Part shown: piece after piece, positions 47,957 to 56,438 of the stretch
How positions within the stretch are numbered: position 1 is the stretch's first letter
How the letters are laid out: every line of letters starts with the position of its first letter
Assembly: GCA_934096985.1 (NCBI GenBank)
Contig: CAKONC010000001.1
Coordinates: 494 to 64,493 of the forward strand
Length of the DNA: 64,000 nt
Source of the DNA: an uncultured Bacilli bacterium
GTDB taxonomy: Bacteria > Bacillota_I > Bacilli_A > RF39 > UBA660
Direction: 5' to 3'
Notes under the pieces: model-generated
What the model was told of the DNA's origin: nothing
The model's input: only the letters and a program-made list of their open reading frames with translations
Database searches by the model: none
Program-made: the position numbers and the translations under genes

Positions 47957-49537
47957 ATGCTACAATATAATAAAGAATATATAACTAAAGCTGAAAATAT
48001 AGCTACAATATTAGAATCAGCTAAGCCTGAATGGAATAAAAGAAAAAAGTTATATAGAATGAAAGTAAGAAAAAATAGTCCATCAGGTTTGGTAGCTGAA
48101 AATGATAAAGAAACTAAAGTGGCGTTTGAATTTGCTATATCAAATATGATAAATGGATATGCCGGAGGTAAAGCTCCTATATATCAAGTAGAAGAAATGC
48201 CAACGAAAGAAAAACAAGCTATTCTAACTAAATTATTTAATAAATTATTTAATGCCAAAGACAATGATAGAAAAGAATATCAAACATTTATTGATTATAT
48301 AAGGAATTACAATGATGATTCCTTTTTTTATTATAATTTAATACAAAGTTATAATGATTTGTCGGCTGGTTATGGTATTTGGTATGAAAATGAAGATAAT
48401 GAAATAGTATATGCAAATGTTGACGCAAGACAAACAATAGCTATTTATGATTATTCTACACCAGTTAAAAAGATAGGTTTATTAAGAACTTGGGAAGAAA
48501 CTAATGAAAAAGGTGAAAAGTTTGATATGGTTGTAGTCACTACCGAAGATTGTAAATACTATTTTAAAAATAGTAAATTAAAAGGTGATGACTTTAGAGA
48601 AGATGAAGAAGCAAGAGAAACGATCAACTGGGGTTGTGTTCCTTGTATAGCAATAGAAAATCCTGATGGATTAGCTTGTTTTGAATTAGCAAAACCTAGT
48701 ATTGCTAAATATGAAAGAGTTATGAAGAACTCAGGTAATACTTTCCAATACAATGATGACGCAAAACTAATGGTGACTGGTTATGAACCTAGAGAAGATA
48801 CTTTAATTGAAAAAAGAGATGATAACGGAGAAATAGAACACGATGAAGAGGGTAATATTATATGGATACCTAATGAAAAGAGAAAAAAGGAAGATGAAGT
48901 AGTATTACAAGCTCCTGTATTCTATGCTGGTGAGGGTGGAAGTATTGAATGGGTAGAAAAAAATATCAATGATGGTGCTTTAGAAAACTATAAGAAAACA
49001 CTTATAGATTTAATATTTATGGTTAGTTGTTGTCCTAATGTTAATGATTTAGGGTTTACTAATGCCGATAATAGCTCAGCACTAGAAAAGAAATTCTTTC
49101 CACTAGAACAATCTATCACTTACTTAGATAAATCAGTTAGAAAAGAATTACTAGCTATGTGGGAAGCCTTTACTACTAGAATTAATCTAAAAAAAGGTAC
49201 AAAATATGACTTTAGAAACTTAAAAATAAAGCTTCAAAGAAATATGCCTACTGATAAGAAAGCCGAAACTGATAGAGCTTTATCATTAAGAGGATTAGTA
49301 TGTGATGAAACTGTCATCAACTTATTACCTGATGAGTTAGACGCTTCAAGTGAAATAGAAAAAATGAAAACACAAAGTGAAGAAAATCTTGAAGCAAATA
49401 TGAAAAAGATTGAATCTTTCGGTAAAGATGGAGCTGACGCTCAAGCAGAAGAAAACAATAATCAAGACGCAAAAGAAACAAAAAATGCGTCTAATACTAA
49501 TCAAGACGCAAGTGTGCAAAGTAGCCGAGAAAAGTAG
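47957..49537 (+). CDS. portal protein (SPP1 gp6-like)
   Basis: 526 aa directly after terL; acidic C-terminal tail. Confidence 0.75.
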   Translation: MLQYNKEYITKAENIATILESAKPEWNKRKKLYRMKVRKNSPSGLVAENDKETKVAFEFAISNMINGYAGGKAPIYQVEEMPTKEKQAILTKLFNKLFNAKDNDRKEYQTFIDYIRNYNDDSFFYYNLIQSYNDLSAGYGIWYENEDNEIVYANVDARQTIAIYDYSTPVKKIGLLRTWEETNEKGEKFDMVVVTTEDCKYYFKNSKLKGDDFREDEEARETINWGCVPCIAIENPDGLACFELAKPSIAKYERVMKNSGNTFQYNDDAKLMVTGYEPREDTLIEKRDDNGEIEHDEEGNIIWIPNEKRKKEDEVVLQAPVFYAGEGGSIEWVEKNINDGALENYKKTLIDLIFMVSCCPNVNDLGFTNADNSSALEKKFFPLEQSITYLDKSVRKELLAMWEAFTTRINLKKGTKYDFRNLKIKLQRNMPTDKKAETDRALSLRGLVCDETVINLLPDELDASSEIEKMKTQSEENLEANMKKIESFGKDGADAQAEENNNQDAKETKNASNTNQDASVQSSREK

Positions 49538-49547
49538 GTGATATATA

Positions 49548-51005
49548 ATGGATAATAAAACTATCCTGAATAACCGATGGAATTACACTGATTTAAAATT
49601 AAAAGATTATCTTAGAATTTATAAAAAAACTAACTTAAAAACTCAAGATAATATACAAGATATATTTAATGGTATTGATTTTAATTATATGGATCTAAAT
49701 AAGCCTATTTCTAATAACCAAAGGAAAAAATTATCTAGGGTTGTTGATGAATGGAAACAACTTGAATTATTAAAAGGATATTTTGAATATAAAGTTATAG
49801 AAATTCTAAATAAGAGATATATTACTAATCAAGAAATGTTAAGTATATTATTGTGGGGTGCTTTTGTAAAAGAAAGAAGTCAGTTAGACGAATATGAGGA
49901 AGTCTTATTTACTGAAATAGGACAAGATTTATATAAACAAGGTATTGATGAAATAAAACCTACTAAAAAGAAAAAATGGAGTTTAACTTGGGAATATATA
50001 TGGTCTATGTTATGTTTACCTAATGTAAAAGGTAGTAGTTGGATAACATATATTGAAGCTTTAGCACTAACTAACGCTCAAGAAATAGAAAGACAAACTA
50101 TTATCCAATTACAGCAAAATAAAAAGCCTAATATAGAAGATGATGTGTTTAAAAACATCTTAAAAAAGCAACAAAATAGATATATTTCTATAAATGATGA
50201 TAAAATAAGCGGTGCTTTAGATAGTCAAGTTGTAGAAATAGCCAATAAATCATTATTAAAAGCTGGTGAAGATGTAGGACAAAAGAAATTAAGAGCTAGA
50301 TTTATTGCTGAAATTGATGATAGAACAACTAAGATGTGTGATGGTATGAATGGTATGTTATTCTATGTTAATGATTGGAATAGATTTTATAGATATAGTG
50401 ATGATGATAAAAGAGATGTTCTTTATACAATTAAAGGACTAGAAGTTGGGGCTAATTTGCCACCGATTAATAATCATTTTCATTATTGTAGAAGTACAAT
50501 TACTTATCTTACTGAAATGAAGTATAATGAGCTTATAGCCGAGTATAATCAGTTAAAAAGGATAATACCTAGTGAAGTACCTGAAAGCCTTGAAGAATAC
50601 GCTAAATTAAGGTATAATAATAGCAATTATTATGAAGAAATAAAACTCAAAGAGGAAATAGGAAAACATTATAAAAAAGACCTAGAAATAGGTGAAAAAA
50701 AGAAAACTTTATCATTTAATAGTTATTATGAAAAAGTAAATGATACAAGAGAGTATTTAAGAAATGTTCAAGCTAAAGACTTTGGAACTATTGGTGAAAT
50801 AAAACTACATACCATTGATAGAATGATAGATAGAAATATCACTAAGGAAGATATAAAAAATATATTAGAAGATCCAACTAATCACTGGTATAGTCCTATA
50901 AATAATAGTGAGGTTTTCTTCAAAGATAAAAAAATGGTTGCTATTGATATAGAAGAATTAAGTGTCAAGACAGCATATAAGGGAAGAGGTAAGAAAAATG
51001 AATAA
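49548..51005 (+). CDS. MuF/SPP1 gp7-like minor head protein with C-terminal DUF4258-like toxin-type extension
   Basis: The MuF core is TTKMCDGMNG...PPINNHFHYCRSTITY. A ~165-aa extension follows, ending HTIDRMIDRNITKEDIKNILEDP...VKTAY. Confidence 0.7.
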   Translation: MDNKTILNNRWNYTDLKLKDYLRIYKKTNLKTQDNIQDIFNGIDFNYMDLNKPISNNQRKKLSRVVDEWKQLELLKGYFEYKVIEILNKRYITNQEMLSILLWGAFVKERSQLDEYEEVLFTEIGQDLYKQGIDEIKPTKKKKWSLTWEYIWSMLCLPNVKGSSWITYIEALALTNAQEIERQTIIQLQQNKKPNIEDDVFKNILKKQQNRYISINDDKISGALDSQVVEIANKSLLKAGEDVGQKKLRARFIAEIDDRTTKMCDGMNGMLFYVNDWNRFYRYSDDDKRDVLYTIKGLEVGANLPPINNHFHYCRSTITYLTEMKYNELIAEYNQLKRIIPSEVPESLEEYAKLRYNNSNYYEEIKLKEEIGKHYKKDLEIGEKKKTLSFNSYYEKVNDTREYLRNVQAKDFGTIGEIKLHTIDRMIDRNITKEDIKNILEDPTNHWYSPINNSEVFFKDKKMVAIDIEELSVKTAYKGRGKKNE

Positions 51006-51183
51006 TCCTAGAAAGATTTTATCTATAAAAGATATAGAATTATTAGAATCAAAAAATATTGATATTCCTGATAAAGAATTGAATGATAGTGAATGGGATA
51101 ATTTAATAGTTCAAATAGCAATCAATTTGAAACAGGAAGAAGCCGAAAGGTTAATAGATATACTAGATGACAGCACTAAATAA
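50998..51183 (+). CDS. small acidic protein, candidate immunity/antitoxin partner
   Basis: 61 aa, GAAGAGG RBS, 8-nt overlap with the MuF stop. Confidence 0.35.
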   Translation: MNNPRKILSIKDIELLESKNIDIPDKELNDSEWDNLIVQIAINLKQEEAERLIDILDDSTK

Positions 51184-51196
51184 GGTGCTGTTTTTC
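51170..51196 (+). terminator. rho-independent terminator
   Basis: ACAGCAC-TAAATAAG-GTGCTGT plus T5. Confidence 0.55.
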
Positions 51197-51289
51197 TATA
51201 CTACTTTTATAGGTAGTATATCAATAGTAAAGAAATACTTTATTGTTGATATAGTGCTTATAAAATAGCACTAAATAATGATTATTAAG

Positions 51290-51316
51290 AGGAATGATAG
51301 CTACATTCCTTTTTTT
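51290..51316 (+). terminator. rho-independent terminator
   Basis: AGGAATG-ATAGCTA-CATTCCT plus T6. Confidence 0.55.
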
Positions 51317-51414
51317 AATGCCTTTCTATTGTGGCTCAACAATGGAGTTTTGTGTAAATGTAATGAGCTGGGGACTTAAAAAAGTAAATGGCTTGGGACA
51401 AAGGAGGAATAAGA

Positions 51415-51963
51415 ATGGACACAAATAATTCAAATGGTGTTGTTGATAACAATGTTCAACAAAACCAAAATGCAGGTGCTAATGTACCTAAAACTTTTGA
51501 CGAAATGTTGAAAGAATCTAATTATCAAAGTGAATTTGATAGGAAAGTTCAAAAATCTTTAGAAACAGCTAAGGCTAAATGGGAAGCTGAACAAGAAGCT
51601 AAACAAAGTGAAGCCGAAAAATTAGCAAAGATGAAAGATGATGAGCGTAGAAATTATGAGCTAGAACAAGCTCGAAAAAAACAGGAAGAAGCTGAATTAA
51701 GATTAAGTGCTTATGAATTAAAAGAAGAAGCAATTAAGATGGCTAATATTCCTGAAACTCAGGTAGATGTTTCTTTATTGAATCTTATAGACTTTAGAAG
51801 CATTAAGGCTGAACAAGTAGAGCCTACTATTAAAAACATAAAGAAAGTATTTGATAGTGCTGTTGAAAATGAAGTGAATAAGAGATTAAAAGAAACTACT
51901 CCTAAGACAGTAAACGCTAATATTTCTTCAAATAGTGAAAGAGTATCAAGATTTAGCGTTTAG
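51415..51963 (+). CDS. capsid scaffolding protein
   Basis: AAGGAGGA RBS; Glu/Lys/Ala-rich coiled coil upstream of the capsid gene. Confidence 0.55.
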   Translation: MDTNNSNGVVDNNVQQNQNAGANVPKTFDEMLKESNYQSEFDRKVQKSLETAKAKWEAEQEAKQSEAEKLAKMKDDERRNYELEQARKKQEEAELRLSAYELKEEAIKMANIPETQVDVSLLNLIDFRSIKAEQVEPTIKNIKKVFDSAVENEVNKRLKETTPKTVNANISSNSERVSRFSV

Positions 51964-51998
51964 TTATTGCCAAAAAAGGAAGAGGAGAGTGATTTAAT

Positions 51999-52970
51999 AT
52001 GGCAAAACAAAATTCATTAAATATTCAAGACTATTTAAACGATGATGTTATGGATAGTCTAGCTGAAACACTTGACGGAGTTATTGAAAATATCCAATCA
52101 GGTTGTGTCAGTGAAGCTTTAAAAGCTAAAAATGGTAGTGGAGATCCTACTACAGGAAATGTAGAGTATAAGAGATTTGCAAATGCAGTAATCCAAGAAA
52201 AAGGAACAGCAAGAGCAAACGGAAAGGGTAATAAAGTAAAAGCTAAACCAGTCACTGTAAATATTGATGATGATAAAGAAATCATTGAAGAATTACAAGA
52301 AAAAGACCTTAAATTATATGGTGTTGATGGTATGGCTAAAAAGAGAAGCAAAAACGCTCAAGATGTCATCAAGACTTACTATGATAGAAAGTTCTTTAGA
52401 ATTGGTCGTGACGCTGGTATCCAAGTTGAAAGAGTTAGTGGAGATACAACTAAGAAAATCGTTGATAGATTAATTAGTACAGCTAAAGTGACTAAAAATG
52501 ATTTTGTTGATGGTGTAGATGAAGAGTTAATAGCTTTAGTAGTAAATACTAAATATAAAGGTGAATTAAAAGATTATTTAGATAGCCTACCTAACGGAAC
52601 AACTCCATCAAATGGAGCTATTGGTATGTATCAATCAGTTATCACTTATGAATCTAATCGTATGCCAAGTGATGTTCCAGCTATGGTTATGTTAAAAGAA
52701 GCTATAGCATTGCCAAACTATACAAGTGAGTATGGGGCTGAAAAAGTACCATTCGATGACGCTATAGCACTTGAATTATTCGCATACTCAGGTGGAGAAG
52801 CTTTAGTACCTGAAATTATCTTATACGATTGTGATTATACTTATACAGAAGCTAAAATTACACAATTTGCTAGTGGTACAACTTATTACACTTATAATAA
52901 AGGTGAATATACAGCTGTTCCATCAAGTGCTACATTCGATAGTGAAGAAACATATTACACTAGAGCGTAG
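51999..52970 (+). CDS. major capsid protein (by position and size)
   Basis: 323 aa after the scaffold; GAGGAGAG RBS. Confidence 0.55.
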   Translation: MAKQNSLNIQDYLNDDVMDSLAETLDGVIENIQSGCVSEALKAKNGSGDPTTGNVEYKRFANAVIQEKGTARANGKGNKVKAKPVTVNIDDDKEIIEELQEKDLKLYGVDGMAKKRSKNAQDVIKTYYDRKFFRIGRDAGIQVERVSGDTTKKIVDRLISTAKVTKNDFVDGVDEELIALVVNTKYKGELKDYLDSLPNGTTPSNGAIGMYQSVITYESNRMPSDVPAMVMLKEAIALPNYTSEYGAEKVPFDDAIALELFAYSGGEALVPEIILYDCDYTYTEAKITQFASGTTYYTYNKGEYTAVPSSATFDSEETYYTRA

Positions 52971-53007
52971 TTAAATAAAAAAATAAAGAGAAGAAAGGAA
53001 TTAAATT

Positions 53008-53247
53008 ATGAGAAAGTTTTTATGTAAAGAATCAGGAGCTGTTTTATTAGTTAATAGTAAGGAAGTTGCTAAGCAATTTGCAAGAAGTGACGCTTACGAA
53101 GAATTAAAAGAAGTAGAAGCTCCTAAAGAAAAAGCTATTAAGGATTATACTAAAAAAGAATTAGTAGCTTATCTTAAAACTCTTGATATTGAAGCTAGTG
53201 AAGATATGAAAAAAGATGATTTATTAGCTTTAATTCCTGAGGAATAA
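53008..53247 (+). CDS. small head-associated protein with Rho_N/SAP-like C-terminus
   Basis: KKELVAYLKTLDIEASEDMKKDDLLALI. Confidence 0.35.
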   Translation: MRKFLCKESGAVLLVNSKEVAKQFARSDAYEELKEVEAPKEKAIKDYTKKELVAYLKTLDIEASEDMKKDDLLALIPEE

Positions 53248-53273
53248 AATAATTAGAATTGGAGGGTAATAGA

Positions 53274-53585
53274 ATGAAAGAAGAAGCTAAAAGTAAAATG
53301 CTAAAAAGGTTAAAAGATGACCTTAGCGTGAACTTTAAAACTGGGGACGATAGTATATTGTCGGATTTTATTGATGATTATATTTCTATTGCCTCCAACA
53401 ATTCTAATCGTTCAAAAGACGATGAAAAATTATATCCGTATGTTTATAAGGCTGTTAAATCAGCATATCTTTTACGAGGAGATGAGGGTAGTTCTAGTTC
53501 TACTGAGGGAAGTTTATCTACATCTTATGAAGATATAGAAGAAAAACTAGCTCAAAAAGTTAGATCTATTAGGGTGATGAAATGA
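53274..53585 (+). CDS. head-tail connector protein (gp6/gp15-like)
   Basis: Position; GGAGGG RBS before ATG 53274. Confidence 0.45.
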   Translation: MKEEAKSKMLKRLKDDLSVNFKTGDDSILSDFIDDYISIASNNSNRSKDDEKLYPYVYKAVKSAYLLRGDEGSSSSTEGSLSTSYEDIEEKLAQKVRSIRVMK

Positions 53586-53932
53586 GGATAAAGAACTTAT
53601 CCAAAATATACATTTACAAACCTGAAAAAAAACTGATAAAGGGTGATTATACTACTGATTGGTATTATAAAGGTGAAGAAATGTTAAATCCACAGCAAGA
53701 CATAGACGAATTAAACCGCAATAGTGCTGGTGAAATAGACTATGAAATTGTTAAACTTCGTATTGATAGAAAAGTCGATATAGATAAAGGTGATGGAATA
53801 TCTTTTAGTCCTTTAGAAGTAGATGATGATAAAAAGGTTAAAAATGATAAAAAACCTTATTATTTAGTTGAAAATAAGCCACAAATAGGTAAAACAACAC
53901 TTTATACTTTAATTACTAATAACGGAGAATAG
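53582..53932 (+). CDS. head closure/head-tail adaptor
   Basis: Position in the connector block; overlapping start. Confidence 0.4.
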   Translation: MRIKNLSKIYIYKPEKKLIKGDYTTDWYYKGEEMLNPQQDIDELNRNSAGEIDYEIVKLRIDRKVDIDKGDGISFSPLEVDDDKKVKNDKKPYYLVENKPQIGKTTLYTLITNNGE

Positions 53933-53934
53933 TT

Positions 53935-54468
53935 ATGATTGATATAAGTTGGAATAAAAATAATCTTAAAAGTTTTGAAAAGAAGATGGAAACTATAATT
54001 AAAAAGCTTCCTGAAACAGCTAAATTAGGTGTTGAAGATTCTTTAAAAAATACTCAAGAAAAAGCTTTGAAAAATAAGCGTGGAAATAAAGATGAGAAAC
54101 TTATTCCTATTGAAATATTGGATTTTGACAAAGGTAAAGTTGTTGGTAGAGTTTATACTAACAAAGATTTATTTTCTCACGCACCATTTTTGGAATATGG
54201 TACAGGAACTAAAGCTGAATTACCACACATAGGACAAACTAAGACCTTTATTCAAAGTGGATATAGATATTGGTTCTTGCCTGTAGAAAAGGTAGATAGA
54301 CAATTTAGTCCTGAAAGAATAATAGTAATAGATGGGAAACAATTCTATTTAATGTTTGCTACTAAACCATATCCATTTATGCGTCCGGCTTCTTTTTCCT
54401 CTCGTCAGGAAAATGCTGATTTAGTAAATGAGAGAATAGGAAAAATGTTGATGGAGGTATTAAAGTGA
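53935..54468 (+). CDS. HK97 gp10-family tail-head joining protein
   Basis: KPYPFMRPA motif. Confidence 0.5.
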   Translation: MIDISWNKNNLKSFEKKMETIIKKLPETAKLGVEDSLKNTQEKALKNKRGNKDEKLIPIEILDFDKGKVVGRVYTNKDLFSHAPFLEYGTGTKAELPHIGQTKTFIQSGYRYWFLPVEKVDRQFSPERIIVIDGKQFYLMFATKPYPFMRPASFSSRQENADLVNERIGKMLMEVLK

Positions 54469-54851
54469 AAGAATTTAAAGTAAGTGAGTTTTACGATATG
54501 GTAATAACTATATTAGAAACTATTATGAAACAAGTAGTAGGAGAAAATCCTAATGGAGATAGTAAATTTCCTTGTATAGTAGTACAAGCTCCAATGAGAT
54601 TAGACGAAGTAAACGGAGAGGAACTACCAATATTATCAAGATTCTCAATTACTTGTGAGGCTTGGACTAAAAAGAAAGCCACCAGTATTGAACTTGCTGA
54701 TGAAATAGATAGTAAATTAAGAGGATATAATTTTACGAGAACAGGAACACCTATAAACCTTTATGACGAGAACACTAAATGTCATCGTTACGGAGGAAAT
54801 TATGAGGTGTTTTATAATGCTCTCACAAATAGTTTAGAAAAAGTAAAATAG
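54465..54851 (+). CDS. tail completion protein (by position)
   Basis: Overlapping start; precedes the major tail gene. Confidence 0.4.
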   Translation: MKEFKVSEFYDMVITILETIMKQVVGENPNGDSKFPCIVVQAPMRLDEVNGEELPILSRFSITCEAWTKKKATSIELADEIDSKLRGYNFTRTGTPINLYDENTKCHRYGGNYEVFYNALTNSLEKVK

Positions 54852-54868
54852 GTAAAGGAGGAATATAT

Positions 54869-55336
54869 ATGACACCTAAAACAGGTACTTTAACTAAAAT
54901 TTATATAAGTGAAAAGGAATATCCAAGTGAATCCGATTTAACTTTAATTATGTATACTGAGGAAATTCCAGCAATAGAAGATCCAGCAGAAGCTGTGACA
55001 TATCAAACTACTGATATGGACGGAGAAGAACAAAGTAAAGGTAGTAAAAAAGCAACTACTCCAGCTATCCCAGTTCTTTATAAGAGTGAACAACACGATG
55101 AATTAAAGACTAAAGCTGATAGCAATAAAAGTTATTATTTCTTCATTCGTTATCCTGAATCTACTTGTGCTAGTGGAGAAAGTCCTTTAGTTAAATCTTT
55201 CTCAGCTCAAATGGATTTAACTGGTGATACTATTACAGCTGGAGATATTATTAAAGATACTTTAACTTTATATAGAAATTCTAGTGTAAAAGAAAGTCAC
55301 GGATTACCAGTAGCTCCAACTCAATCAGGTAGCTAA
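54869..55336 (+). CDS. major tail protein (by position)
   Basis: AAGGAGGA RBS; lies upstream of the chaperone pair and tape measure. Confidence 0.5.
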   Translation: MTPKTGTLTKIYISEKEYPSESDLTLIMYTEEIPAIEDPAEAVTYQTTDMDGEEQSKGSKKATTPAIPVLYKSEQHDELKTKADSNKSYYFFIRYPESTCASGESPLVKSFSAQMDLTGDTITAGDIIKDTLTLYRNSSVKESHGLPVAPTQSGS

Positions 55337-55349
55337 TAGGTGATAAATA

Positions 55350-55508
55350 ATGGCTAAATTTAAAAATAAGGAAACTGGTCGTGTTTGGGATATTACCAAT
55401 GCGGAACATCTTAAACACTTCCGTTCTAATCCTAGATTTGAAGAAATAAAAGAAAAAACAAGTAGTAAGGAAACTAAAAAGGTAGAAAAAGCTACTAATA
55501 AAAAATAA
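55350..55508 (+). CDS. small protein (52 aa), below track cutoff
   Basis: AGGTGA RBS; MAKFKNKETGRVWDITNAEHLKHFRSNPRFEEIK... Confidence 0.3.
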   Translation: MAKFKNKETGRVWDITNAEHLKHFRSNPRFEEIKEKTSSKETKKVEKATNKK

Positions 55509-55531
55509 AAATAAAGGAAAGAGGTTTTATT

Positions 55532-55981
55532 ATGATTTTAAAAGTAAAAGATAAAGAATATTCATTTACAGCAACTATGAAAAAAATAGTTTCTATGAAT
55601 AAAAAATTAAAGGTTAAAAATTTAAGGGACGCTTTTTTTAAGGCTCTAAACGATGTAGATTTTGAGTTCTTAGCTGACGCTCTTTTAAGCTTTGCTGATG
55701 ACGAAACAAAGAAAGAATTAAATAACGATTCTAACAAAGTTTATGATATGATGGAAGCTTATGTTAATGAGAATGAAACTGATTATGAAGCTATATATAA
55801 ATTACTAGCTGAGGAGATAAATGATAAAAGTTTTTTCGGCAAAAAGATGACGGAGGAAGAAATAAAGGCTCAAATGGACAATCCGCTAGCCAGCTTCGAC
55901 ATCAATCAAGTAATTACCAATACAGCGGAAAAAGTAATGGGAGAAGTAGTAGCGGAAGAGTTCAAAGGATACAAAGGCTAG
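55532..55981 (+). CDS. tail assembly chaperone (gpG-like)
   Basis: Lies between the major tail and tape-measure genes; contains the slippery T TTT TTC. Confidence 0.55.
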   Translation: MILKVKDKEYSFTATMKKIVSMNKKLKVKNLRDAFFKALNDVDFEFLADALLSFADDETKKELNNDSNKVYDMMEAYVNENETDYEAIYKLLAEEINDKSFFGKKMTEEEIKAQMDNPLASFDINQVITNTAEKVMGEVVAEEFKGYKG

Positions 55982-56352
55982 ATTATATAGATCTAATATA
56001 TGATTTAGAACCTTTAGCTTATAGATTTGGAATGAAACCTCACGAGTTTTGGGATTCTATTTATAGAGAAGTAGCTTTGTATGTAGAATCTCGTTCTCTC
56101 CAATATGAGCAAGAAATTAAATCACGAATCTTGTTAGCTGAAAATTTGGGTAATAAAATGATAGGCTCAGGTATGACAGCTAAAAATCCTAAAAATGTAA
56201 ATCTTATTAAAGAAATTTATCCGGATTTATTTAAAGAAGAATTAGCAAGACAAAGTGTATTTGAAAGAAAAGCAAGTGAGGGAGAGGAATTAGTCAATTT
56301 AATGTTAGAATTGACGGAAGAGTTGAGGCAAGAAACGAAAGGAAAAGAATAA
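55831..56352 (+). CDS. -1 frame extension giving gpGT-like fusion chaperone
   Basis: The -1 frame is open from 55828 to 56352. Track ORF 56032..56352 is its Met-initiated tail. The slippery heptamer is at 55831-55837. Confidence 0.5.
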   Translation, partial: FFRQKDDGGRNKGSNGQSASQLRHQSSNYQYSGKSNGRSSSGRVQRIQRLDYIDLIYDLEPLAYRFGMKPHEFWDSIYREVALYVESRSLQYEQEIKSRILLAENLGNKMIGSGMTAKNPKNVNLIKEIYPDLFKEELARQSVFERKASEGEELVNLMLELTEELRQETKGKE

Positions 56353-56438
56353 TAAGGAATCACACAAAGGAATGGTGGTGATGACTTATTACAATAGAAG
56401 AATTAGAAATAATTATAAGGGCTAATATTACTGACGCT

